Of a DNA stretch of 64,000 nucleotides, positions 20,200 to 30,352 are shown one piece after another. The stretch covers positions 32,001 through 96,000 of the forward strand of contig CAVQFQ010000017.1 of the NCBI GenBank assembly GCA_963711835.1. Direction: 5' to 3'. Position numbers and translations under genes: made by a program. The notes below the pieces were generated by a model. That model was not told the origin of the DNA. It made no database searches and saw only the letters and a program-made list of their open reading frames with translations. Within the stretch, counting starts at the first letter, position 1, and each line of letters starts with the position of its first letter. This DNA comes from an uncultured delta proteobacterium (GTDB taxonomy: Bacteria; Desulfobacterota; RBG-13-43-22).

Positions 20200-20364
20200 G
20201 ATAGGCTTTGTTGGTCTGGGCCGACCCAGATCCATTCCACCCTGGACTTCCCCAAACACCGCCTTTTCCCCCTCTAAAAACCGATATAGGCCCCAACCAA
20301 AGCCCCCTTTTCAGATAATCTAAATAGAATTCAATCAATTGGCGTGTCCCGACCCAATTAACTA
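20200..20364. repeat. ~165-bp direct repeat, copy 2
   Basis: Matches 19053-19219; spans exactly from the SIR2 stop codon to the brnT RBS. Confidence 0.92.
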
Positions 20365-21369
20365 CATGTAAAGATATGCTCGTAAAAGCTCATTTGAATT
20401 TCTATTTTCAATACGAGGCTTAATCATTGCATACGCCTTATTCATAAAAAACTGATTAAAAAGAGACTTCACATTATTAATTTCTTTTTCGGTCATTCCT
20501 TTTGCTGTACCATATATGTCCCATTCTTCATTAATACCTTCAGGAAGACCAATTGCCTCTAAATTATCGATAGCGTACCCGAATCCTAAAAAAAATATTC
20601 TTTTGTAATTTGCGATTAAATCTTTTACCTGCTCTTTCATGCCTTGTGATCTTTCGCCGATTACTCGAATTCCTCCTGATAAGTTCTGAATTTTTTCAAA
20701 ATCAACTTCCGAACCGTATTTTGATCCACCATTAATAACATGATTATCAACCTGTCCATAAACATGAATAATTGGAAACGGCAGATATTTCTTTTGCCAA
20801 TTTAATCCGATTTTTATCAGGTCACTATTTTGGGAAAAAGCATTAAAAAAGCTTTCATATAGAAAATGTTCTAATGATCTGTCATAGTTGAAAGTGATAA
20901 AAGCGATTTTATTTTCACGAAATTTATCAATATCGTTAGGTGTATTAAAGGTCGATATCATCCTGTTGAACAATAGGTTATACCAGTCTTCATTGGAATC
21001 ATTCAGATTTTCCCTAAATTTACTTGTTTTTTCTTTGGTTAGGATAATTTGTGTAATCGCCATTTTTCCAAAGTTAGAAAATATTGGGTTCAAAGCCAAA
21101 AATTTATCAATAGATTCTATGCTGGATTTTTTAAAGGTATTTATAAATTCTGGAATCTTTTTCAAAAGTTTAACTTTTTCTTCGGCATTTATTAAAGAAT
21201 CCTGTTTTAGTAATAATTGGAAAGCCGTGAAAAAGTGTCGGACGATTTCAGACCTTAATTCTGGTCCTGTTGGGTATCCATAAGGTTTGCTGGCACCGGC
21301 TCCGAGAACAAACAAAGTTGGGGTTTCAATCATTAACTTATCCAATAAAATTTTTCGGGTTAAGCTCAC
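20362..21369 (-). CDS. SIR2-like (SIR2_2) putative NADase defence protein
   Basis: LFVLGAGAS..YPTG, FITFNYDRSLE, IIHVYG, IFFLGFGY; strongly AT-rich. Confidence 0.75.
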   Translation of the reverse strand: MSLTRKILLDKLMIETPTLFVLGAGASKPYGYPTGPELRSEIVRHFFTAFQLLLKQDSLINAEEKVKLLKKIPEFINTFKKSSIESIDKFLALNPIFSNFGKMAITQIILTKEKTSKFRENLNDSNEDWYNLLFNRMISTFNTPNDIDKFRENKIAFITFNYDRSLEHFLYESFFNAFSQNSDLIKIGLNWQKKYLPFPIIHVYGQVDNHVINGGSKYGSEVDFEKIQNLSGGIRVIGERSQGMKEQVKDLIANYKRIFFLGFGYAIDNLEAIGLPEGINEEWDIYGTAKGMTEKEINNVKSLFNQFFMNKAYAMIKPRIENRNSNELLRAYLYM

Positions 21370-21379
21370 CTTTTACCAT

Positions 21380-23141
21380 TTATTCTCTTTTATAAATCAT
21401 GGCTGATTTCGGAAACCCGATGGCTTCTTGCAGGGTGGCTTCGAGGAGTTGGCGGCGGGTAGTGGCGGTGGTGTTGAGCCGGGCTTCCAGTTCGTCGCAT
21501 AGGATCATCAGTTCGTCCGCCTTCGCAACGATCCGGTGTTGTTCGGCGAGGGGGGGGAGGGGAGTAATTTGATTATTCGCCATTGATGCGGTTAGTTCAA
21601 CTTGTTTGGTAGCCCCTGATGCTCTACCTTCTATCGTTCCGTATACATAATCGGAGCGAAGCCAAATGAGAACAAAACGCTCATAAACGAGAAAACAACG
21701 TATGACAGTCACATGACTATCGCAAACTAGCGGCTCAGGTGGATGATCAACACGAATCACACGACCAATGGTCCCGGTTCCAGTAGAGTTCCAAAGAAGG
21801 TCGCCGCCTTGTAGAAACCGAACTGGTTCATAGTTTTCTAAGGACTCCGACACCAAAGATTTCGCCCACTCCATGTGAAGGCCATCCCATTGAACGCATT
21901 TCTGTGAAATAACTGGACGGCCATATCCGGCTGCATATTTGGGTGATTTTCCACGTTGAATGTAAGTTGTGATATCACATAGCTTAGCCCAGTTCCAGCT
22001 TGGCGGAACAGAAAATGGGATTTCATCTTCCTTAATAGGTCTAAAATATTGCTCTTTCCTAATTTGGCCCGCTTTTGCTAAACGTCGTTTCTCCAGCTCA
22101 ATCCGCTTCAGCAACTCTGCCGCCGGCTCATCATTCGGGTCCTGCGGGACGAGTTTGCCGCGGACGGCGAGGTTGAGGATGGTCTGGCGGAGTTGGTGGA
22201 TGTGTTCGGGGCGGGTGGTGAGGCGCGGGAGGTGGTTGAAGTAGAAGCGGGCGCTCTCGTCGAAAGTGGGATGGCACCCGAGTTCCGAGTTCGTCATCGC
22301 CATTGTTCAGTCCGTGCAGGGTCGCCGCCACCAGCCGGTCGCGCCGCCTTTCGCGCTTGGCCTGCGCCGCCTCCAGTTCGTCGCACAGCGCCATCAGTTC
22401 GTCCACCTTCGCCACGATCCGGTGTTGTTCGGCGAGGGGTGGGAGGGGGAATTGATTATTCGCCATTGATGCGGTTAGTTCAACTTGTTTGGTAGCCCCT
22501 GATGCTCTACCTTCTATCGTTCCGTCATACATAATCGGAGCGAAGCCAAATGAGAACAAAACGCTCATAAACGAGAAAACAACGTATGACAGTCACATGA
22601 CTATCGCAAACTAGCGGCTCAGGTGGATGATCAACACGAATCACACGACCAATGGTCCCGGTTCCAGTAGAGTTCCAAAGAAGGTCGCCGCCTTGTAGAA
22701 ACCGAACTGGTTCATAGTTTTCTAAGGACTCCGACACCAAAGATTTCGCCCACTCCATGTGAAGGCCATCCCATTGAACGCATTTCTGTGAAATAACTGG
22801 ACGGCCATATCCGGCTGCAATTTGGGTGATTTTCCACGTTGAATGTAAGTTGTGATATCACATAGCTTAGCCCAGTTCCAGCTTGGCGGAACAGAAAATG
22901 GGATTTCATCTTCCTTCAATAGGTCTAAAATATTGCTCTTTCCTAATTTGGCCCGCTCTTTGTAAACGTCGTTTCTCCAGCTCAATCCGCTTCAGCAACT
23001 CCCCCGCCGGCTCATCTTCGGGTCCTGCTCCACCAGCTTCCCTCGCACGGCCAGATCCAGAATGAACCGCCGCAGGCGCGGCACGGCGTCGGGTGCTTCG
23101 CTGATCTGGTCAAAGTGCTTGAGGAGCCAATCAGGGTTCAT
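21380..23141 (-). CDS. hsdS: Type I RM specificity subunit with two near-identical TRDs; frameshifts in the 5' half
   Basis: ILDLAVRGKLVEQDP / ILNLAVRGKLVPQDPNDEPA, PFSVPPSWNWAKL twice, PLPPLAEQHRIVAK twice. Confidence 0.9.
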
Positions 23142-24055
23142 GGGGCGATTCTCTTGCTCAGGATTTCCTGCCAGATGGGGCGTGACTGCCAGTCGGTCCG
23201 GGAAGCCCATGTTGGGGATAAGTTTTGGATCAAGACGCCCTATATGATCCATCAATCTTAGCGGCCAGCGACTATCCGGCTCAATGATCCGAAGCATGTG
23301 GATAAGCAGGACCAGCGAGTTATAGAGACGTCGGTCCTGTTCCGGATGAAAGTTCGGGATCAGCACGGCCGGCCTTGATGTGGGCAATGCCACGGTTACA
23401 GTAAAGCGGCGGTTCCACAGTCGTGAATGGTGGGCGCAGAGGTTGCGCAGATACACGCTGTGTTCCAGCAGAGACTTCAGGACATCGATGGATAGCTGGT
23501 AAGTCTGGGCGATGCGTTTTTTATCTCTATCATGCCGTATGTTCGTATAGAAGCGACTCAAGAGCCCAAAGGACATAACCTCACAGACCGCCCAGATGGG
23601 CGGACGGTTCATCCCGTATTTGTTCCGGTAACGGGTAACGAAAACCTCGTCGCTGCGACTCAGTTCCTCATCAAGGATGGAAAGCTGTTTGGCATGTGGC
23701 GGATAGTTCCGGAAATTGGACGGGTCTTCATAGGCCTGGGGGCCGTAGGCATGACCGAGCACATAGGTCCAGCGCGCTCGGACTGAGATTTCGACGCGTT
23801 TACAGGCTTCATTAACCAGTTGGCGAAGCCCGCGATCAAAACAGTAAAGGGTCCAAAGGGAGTCAAAGGTAGTACCGGGGAGATATCTATCGGGATTGGT
23901 CTTTTCTACGAAGGGAAAGCGGTAAGCCGACAGGCGATAATAGTTGTGGTGTTCAAGGATATGGAGGGCCTTGCCTTCGTCCTAACGCCCATACCCCGTT
24001 TCTTAAGGATCTCAAGCTGTTCGGCGTATGTTTTGGGGGGTTTATCAGCGTTCAT
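23138..24055 (-). CDS. Abi_2/AbiF(AbiD)-family HEPN RNase, several frameshifts
   Basis: KPPKTYAEQLEILKKRG N-terminus, PPIWAVCEVMSFGLLS, HEPN motif LRNLCAHHSRLWNR, MGFP C-terminus; stop overlaps the hsdS ATG. Confidence 0.88.
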
Positions 24056-24066
24056 TCCCCCTCCAG

Positions 24067-24120
24067 AAAAAAGTAACCCGCCAATTTGAGCATCGTTGAG
24101 AGGCTTGGCGGGTATTGTTG
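24067..24120 (-). ncRNA. Candidate abiF-type antitoxin RNA / leader hairpin
   Basis: Perfect 9-bp stem ACCCGCCAA/TTGGCGGGT with a 20-nt loop, followed on the minus strand by TTTTTT just before the abi RBS. Confidence 0.65.
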
Positions 24121-24126
24121 ACTCAT

Positions 24127-24156
24127 ATTTTGCCATTACCATCCCGGAAATGTCAA
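24127..24156 (-). promoter_or_regulatory. Internal promoter for the abi RNA/gene
   Basis: Minus-strand TTGACA-N18-CAAAAT with a TG extended -10. Confidence 0.5.
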
Positions 24157-24191
24157 GAAAATATTTTGTTAGTGACAAAGGGTCGGTCCCA

Positions 24192-25634
24192 TTATCGCAG
24201 CAGCGCCTCCTCCAGAATGGCCTTCAGCTGGTCCCGGAGTTTGGCCGTCTCCCTCTCGCTTTCCTCCAGCTTGGCCAGCAGTTCGGCGGGATCGCCGTGG
24301 TCTTCCTCGACGGTATGGGGGTTCTTGAAATCGAGGTTGTAGTTGCGGGCCTTGATCTCGATCGATGATCGACCTTCCAGGCGACTTCATTTTCTTCTCG
24401 CTTCTCCCACCAGTCGATGCAGGGCTTCAGGTGCTCGAAGCGGATCGGCCTGGTCATCGAATAGGCCTTTTGGCCCTCGGGGACGCGGTGCTCGTAGTAC
24501 CAGACTTCCTTGGTCTGCGTGCCCTTCTCGAAGAAAAGCAGATTGGTGCCGATGGAGGCGTAGGGTTTGAAGACGCTGTTGGGCAGGCGAACGATGGTGT
24601 GGAGGTTGCACTCCTCCAGCAGGTGCTCCTTCAGCCGGGTCTTGACCCCTTCGCCAAACAGGGTGCCGTCGGGCAGGACCACGGCGGCGCGGCCGGCGGG
24701 TTTGAGCAGGCGCACGATGAGGGCCAGAAAGAGGTCGGCGGTCTCCCGGGTCTGGAAGTGCTTCGGAAAGTTGGTCTCGATGCCGTCTTCCTCGCGGCCG
24801 CCGAAGGGCGGATTGGTGAGGACGATGTCCACCCGGTCGGACTGGCCGTAGCTGATGTAGGGCCGGGCCAGGGTGTTGTCGTGGCGGACGAAGGAGGGGT
24901 CGTCGATGCCGTGGAGCAGCATATTGGTGACGCAGAGCATGTGCGGGAGCTGCTTCTTCTCGGTGGCCCGCAGGCCCTTCTGCATCTTCTGTTCGTCAGC
25001 CGGGGTCTTCACGTAGCGCTCGCGCATGTGGCGGATGGCGCAGGTGAGGAAGCCGCCGGTGCCGCAGGCCGGGTCGAAGAGGATCTCGCCGGGCTTGGGA
25101 TCGATGCGGTCGGCCATGAAGGCGGTGACGGCGCGGGGGGTGTAGTACTCACCGGCGTTGCCGGCGCTCTGGAGGTCGTTCAGGATCTGCTCGTAGATGT
25201 CGCCGAAGTGCTGGCGTTCGGCAAGGTTGTTGAAGTCGATGGCGTTGATCTTATTGATCACCTGGCGCATGAGCTGGCCGGACTTCATGTAGTTGTAGGC
25301 GTCCTCGAAGACATCGCGCACCACGCGGCGCCGGCCGTCTCTGACCGGCGCCGGGCAGTTCTTTGAGCGTGGGGAAAAGCTCGTCGTTGATGAAGGCCAT
25401 CAGCGCGTCGCCGGTCAGGCCTTCAGGATTGGCGGCCCAGGCGCGCCACTGGAGCTTCTCCGGGATGGGCGAGCGGTAGCCCTTCTGCATCAGTTCCAAT
25501 TCCTGGTCCTGGTCGTCGATGATCTTGAGGAAAAACATCCAGCAGAGCTGGGAGATGCGCTGGGCGTCGCCATCGACGCCGACATCCTGGCGCATGATGT
25601 CCTGAATGGATTTGACGGTGGTTCGTACATTCAT
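24192..25634 (-). CDS. hsdM: Type I RM N6-adenine methyltransferase, frameshifts near 25340 and 24360
   Basis: IQDIMRQDVGVDGDAQRISQ, AGEYYTPR, DPACGTGGFL, NPPFGG. Confidence 0.95.
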
Positions 25635-25641
25635 AGTGGTA

Positions 25642-28104
25642 TCAGGCTGCCTTTTCGTATAGAGCGGACTGGAGTTCGTGGACGGCTTGCTCAAAGCCTC
25701 GCGTCCGCCGAAGGTCTTGAGAAGTTCAATCGGAGTACCCATGGTGTCAAAGGGGGCGATCTTCAGGATACGCGGATCGTCGAGGTCGGTGACGCCTTCG
25801 TCCTGGTATTTCTGGAGCAGGGCTTCGAGCACGGCCCGGGCCTGCTCGCCGTACTTGGTGAAGACATCGCGCTTGCGGACATTCTCCGCCCGCTCGCGCC
25901 GGGTGAGCGGCGGCTGGTCGAAGGCCACGTGGCAGATCAGGTCGAAGGGGTCGAGGTCCTTACCCACTTCCTCGGCCAGCGGATCGAGCAGCAGGCCTTC
26001 GTTCTCCAGTTCTTCGATGATGGCCTGCTTGCGCTCGGCTCCGTTCCAGCGTTTGAGGAACTCGTCGAGGCTGGCGAAGCATTTGCGGAGCGTCTTCTTC
26101 GAGTAGTCGCGCAGGCTTTCGGTGACCAGTTTTCCGTTTTCGTCGAGGTATTCGATACGCTCGGCCAGGATGCTGACCGGTTTGCCGCGAATGTAGTATT
26201 TCGCGAGGCGGCTCCTTGGCCGTCGTGGATGTTGATATCGGGCGGCTCGGGATCGACGATCACCTCTTCATCTTCGCCGGGTTTCGGCGGAATGGGCTCT
26301 TCCCGGTCGTCCGTCGGCGGCACATCGTCCGGGGGCGTAACCGGATCGTCCTCTCCCGGTTCGTAGATCTGCACCGGCTCGCCGTCGAAATCGGGGTCAG
26401 CGAAGTGGTTGGTGGCCTTACGGAAGTCGATCAGGGTGAAGTAGTACTTCTTGGTGTCCTCGTGGACGCGTGTGCCACGGCCCATGATCTGCTTGAACTC
26501 GGTCATCGATCCCACTTCGCGGTCGAGGACGATGAGGCGGCAGGTCTGGGCGTCGACACCCGTGGAGAGCAGGCGCGAGGTGGTGACGATGACCGGATAC
26601 TTCGCTTCCGGGTCGATGAAGTTACCGATCTGGGCGCAGCCTTCGGCGTCATCGCCGGTGATACGCATGACGTAGCGGTCGTTCTGCTGCACCAGGTCCG
26701 GGTTTTCGTTGATGATGGCCTGCCGCATCCGCGCGGCGTGTTCGGTATCCACACAGAAGACGATGGTTTTCTGGAAGCGGTCGCCGCTTTCTTTGAGGAA
26801 TTCGGTCACCTTCCGGGCGACACGCTTGGTGCGCTCGTCGATGACCAGATTACGGTCGAAGTCTTTCTGGTTGTAGATGCGGTCCTCGATCTCGTAGCCG
26901 TACTTGTCGGTTTCGCCCTGCTCGGGGCGGTAGCCCTCCACATCGACGTCGAGATGGACCTTGACCACCTTGTAGGGCGCGAGGAAGCCGTCGCGGATGC
27001 CTTCCTTCAGCGAGTAGCTGTACACGGGTTTGCCGAAGTAGTGGATATTGGAGACGTATTCCGTCTCCTTCGGCGTGGCGGTGAGGCCGATCTGGGTGGC
27101 GGCGGAGAAGTAGTCCAGGATCTCCCGCCAGACGGAATCCTCTGCCGCGCTGCCCCGGTGACATTCATCGATGACGATGAGGTCGAAAAAGTCGCGGCGA
27201 GAGCTCCCGGTAGAGCTTCTGGCGTTCCTCGGGGCCGGTGATGGCCTGGTAGAGTGCAAGGTAGATCTCATAGGAGGTGTCGATGCGCCGATGCTTCTTG
27301 TCTATCGCTGTCGGCAGTTGCACTTCGGCGCCATCGTCGCGCTCGATGGTCTTCGAGGAGGTAGAGAGCTTCGCCATGGCGGCGCCGAAGGGGCGGAAGT
27401 CGTTCACCATCGTCTGGTCGACGAGGACATTCCGGTCGGCAAGGAAGAGGATGCGTTTCTTGCGACCTGCCTTCCACAGGCGCCAGATGATCTGGAAAGC
27501 GGTGTAGGTCTTGCCGGTGCCGGTGGCCATAACGAGGAGGATCCGGTCCTGCCCCTTGGCAATGGCTTCGATGGCCTTGTTGATGGCGATGCGCTGATAG
27601 TAACGCGGCTCCTTGCCACTGCTGTCCTCGAAGTAGTTCTGGAGGAAGACTTCCTCTTGCTCCGGGGCCAGGCCTTTCCAGCCACGGTATTTCGACCAAA
27701 GGTCTTCGGGTGTCGGGAAGGCGTCGAGGGACAGCTCGGTTTCGGTCTGACCGCTCTGGCCGGTGCGGTCGTGAAAAAGGAACGCGTCACCGTTTGATGA
27801 GAAGACGAAGGGAATGTCGAGGGTCGCGGCATACTCCGAGAGCCTGCTGCATGCCGTCGCCGACGGCGTAGTTGTTGTCTTTGGCCTCGATGAGGGCGAT
27901 GGGGATGTTCGGCTTGTAGTAGAGAATGTAGTCGGCGCGCTTGGCCTTGCCGCGGGTGACCAGCCGGCCGCGGACGATGATCCGGCCTTTGGTGAACGAG
28001 ACCTCCTCGCGAATTTGCGACAGGACATCCCAGCCCGCCTGCTTGACAGCGGGCGTGATGAACTTGGTGCAGATGTCGCGTTCGCTGAGGTCTTTCTTGT
28101 TCAT
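25642..28104 (-). CDS. hsdR: Type I RM restriction subunit (EcoAI-like), multiple frameshifts
   Basis: [63 protein letters not shown]. Confidence 0.95.
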
Positions 28105-28108
28105 GGTT

Positions 28109-28210
28109 TTAGGGATTAAAAAGAAAAAAGCCTTGTATGAGCTTTCCCATACGAACGTTATTGTCGACGATGAACAATTCACTGCCGGTCAGGCTGGTGC
28201 GTTTGGGCAT
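28109..28210 (-). pseudogene. 5' remnant (copy 1) of a probable PLD-SNF2 helicase gene
   Basis: [17 protein letters not shown] then diverges; near-identical to 30301-30352; family call from recall of this N-terminus. Confidence 0.5.
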
Positions 28211-28276
28211 AGGCGGTCCTTAATTATCTAAAAATCTTCAAACTTTCACTTGCCTTCGGGTTAACAATTTATCCTT

Positions 28277-28894
28277 TTATCGCGATTCCCTTGCCTGCAA
28301 TCGGTTCAAGAGGCTAACTATTTCCCGGTAGCATTTATCAAATGACCGGGCTCGACGTGCCGCCTGAAGGTCAAACACCTTAGTGAGAGCGGGCTGATCC
28401 AAGGTTTCCGTATAGGGTCGGTTTCGAGGCATCCGCGCACTTAGCCACTCCTTGGCCCCACGGATTCCCTCCGGATTGCTCTCAGTCATCAGGTCCGGGG
28501 ACAACCCCCGGGCACCCTTAAGCGAATCGGCAGCAGCGATAAACCAGGCTTCATACTCCTGGTTGGCCAGCACAACTGAAACGGGGTAATCCGGCCGGGC
28601 TTTGAGTACCCGTCGGTATAAGGCCGGGCCGTCAAACTTGGGACAACACCCTTCCCAATCGCAATCCAGCAAAACAAAAATCCCGCCTTTCCCTTCCAAT
28701 TTCCGGCTAGCCAGATCCACTGTCCGTTCCAATTCACCCTGTTTTATTAAACGATTTGCAGGAACCCGCAGTATGGGGTCTATTTTAACAATTGCCTGTG
28801 GGGCAACCTCTGCGGTGACCCGTTGGATAAGCACCGGTAGGGCCTCAACCTCTCCGTGGCCTTCCACTATGGCCGCAATCCGGATGAGGCTCAT
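28277..28894 (-). CDS. DUF4276-family (TOPRIM-like) protein
   Basis: IVEGHGE, VLLDCD, EYEAWFIA, NPE...AKEWL, SFDKC. Confidence 0.8.
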   Translation of the reverse strand: MSLIRIAAIVEGHGEVEALPVLIQRVTAEVAPQAIVKIDPILRVPANRLIKQGELERTVDLASRKLEGKGGIFVLLDCDWEGCCPKFDGPALYRRVLKARPDYPVSVVLANQEYEAWFIAAADSLKGARGLSPDLMTESNPEGIRGAKEWLSARMPRNRPYTETLDQPALTKVFDLQAARRARSFDKCYREIVSLLNRLQARESR

Positions 28895-30108
28895 TTTGGA
28901 AATTCCCCAAACAATTCCATTTGAGAGGCTGGGATTCCTTCCACTTTTTTAGTGTCCGGTATCAATTGGTTGAGGCGTAAAAGCTCTCCTGCCGTATAAA
29001 GCCTATCACGGATGGCGCTTCGTCCAGCTTCTTCCAATGGACCGATTTTGGTTTCCCCATTTTCGCTGATGACGGCCAGAATCCAATCATCGCGGACGGA
29101 TTTATCATCCAGAAGGTCGGGACTGTGGCTGGTAACTGCAACTTGAACCATTTTGGACGCAGCCTGAAGGGCATCGCGGAGAATTCCCGCAGCTCCGGGA
29201 TGGACCGCAACTTCGGGTTCTTCGATCCCCACAAAGGGCACACGGCGCCCCCCCCCATTAACGGCCTGGTACACCGCAGTTAGAACACCCAGGGCACGAA
29301 GGGTCCCATCGGACATGTTTTCTGCTGGAAAACGCCAAGGAGCTTTGTTTTTACCCACCACCTGACGAAACTCCAACGTTTCTTTCTTCGCCACATGCTT
29401 GACCTCTACTTTTTGAACCCCTGGAACCACTCTGGAAAGAAAATCCATGATTTGTTGATAGGTTTTTGGGCGTTCCTTGGCCATAATGTTTAGGACGCTG
29501 GCCAGGTTTCCACCGTCGCGACGCAGTAGTTCTCCCGGGTCTGGGGGCTGCAATTCTCTGATTTCATCAGGATTTAAATTATAAAAACCCATTCTGGAGA
29601 GACGATCATACAGAAGTCGGAAGGGAGGTAATCCGGCCGCAACCACTAAATACAACCGGTCGGTCTCCGCCGGCGGCATCACCTTCTCACTTGAGTCCAT
29701 TAGTTTACCACCTTCAATTTTATAAAAACTTTGCTCTCCCACTCCAACTCCATATATATGACACTCTTCCTCCTGGACTTCAAAGCCCCCCTTTGGCAGG
29801 GCGCCCACCCTAAAAGCGAAATAGCCCTCATTCTCTCCCGGAAGATTGAAATCCAAGCGAATTCCAAAGTGCGTTGGATGCCCGGAAGACCGACGACGAA
29901 CTTCTCCAATCCCACCCCGTTCTCGTAGTGCGTGCTCCAAACTGGTGTTGAGTGACTCAGCCAGAAGTCGCAAGGCATCCAGAAAATTGCTTTTCCCTGC
30001 CCCATTGGGCCCCACGAGGAAATTAAGCGTTCCGAGATCCACGGAACAGGCAGCAATGCTTTTATAGTTTCTCAAAACAACACGCCGCAAGAAAACTGAA
30101 TTATTCAT
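28891..30108 (-). CDS. AAA_21/AAA_15 ABC-type ATPase
   Basis: LRNYKSI, GPNGAGKSNFLDAL, MSDGTLR, IEEPE..VHP, TSHSP; overlaps the DUF4276 start by 4 nt. Confidence 0.9.
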   Translation of the reverse strand: MNNSVFLRRVVLRNYKSIAACSVDLGTLNFLVGPNGAGKSNFLDALRLLAESLNTSLEHALRERGGIGEVRRRSSGHPTHFGIRLDFNLPGENEGYFAFRVGALPKGGFEVQEEECHIYGVGVGEQSFYKIEGGKLMDSSEKVMPPAETDRLYLVVAAGLPPFRLLYDRLSRMGFYNLNPDEIRELQPPDPGELLRRDGGNLASVLNIMAKERPKTYQQIMDFLSRVVPGVQKVEVKHVAKKETLEFRQVVGKNKAPWRFPAENMSDGTLRALGVLTAVYQAVNGGGRRVPFVGIEEPEVAVHPGAAGILRDALQAASKMVQVAVTSHSPDLLDDKSVRDDWILAVISENGETKIGPLEEAGRSAIRDRLYTAGELLRLNQLIPDTKKVEGIPASQMELFGEFPK

Positions 30109-30181
30109 AAGAGCCTCCCGGGTCTAGATTCCCCGATTTTAGAACTTTAAAAAGATATTCGAAAATTCTGCTCAAACTTCT

Positions 30182-30352
30182 TCATCCATCCTTAAAAGCC
30201 AGGAGAGAACCGATCTTAGAGAAGCCTCTGAAGATGCCCATAGATTTTGAGATCTGGCACCAGTCATGGAGGTATTTGAGGACCTTCCAATCGGTGTCGC
30301 TGTTATCAACGATGAACAGCTCACTGCCGGTCAGGCTGGTGCGTTTGGGCAT
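30182..30352 (-). pseudogene. 5' remnant (copy 2, 56 codons) of a probable PLD-SNF2 helicase gene
   Basis: [37 protein letters not shown]...IGSLLA then stop. Confidence 0.55.

Noticed and set aside
19053-20364. Canonical integron attC sites
   Set aside because: They lack RYYYAAC/GTTRRRY termini and no intI is present; kept only as an unknown repeat
22992-23762. Apparent Abi-HsdS fusion ORF
   Set aside because: Produced by a one-base indel near 23195; the alternative frame gives a normal Abi C-terminus (DWQSRPIW) ending in an ATGA overlap with hsdS
24365-27241. Long plus-strand ORFs (333 aa and 341 aa); likewise 8855-9874 on the minus strand
   Set aside because: Shadow frames antisense to GC-rich genuine genes, with no motifs
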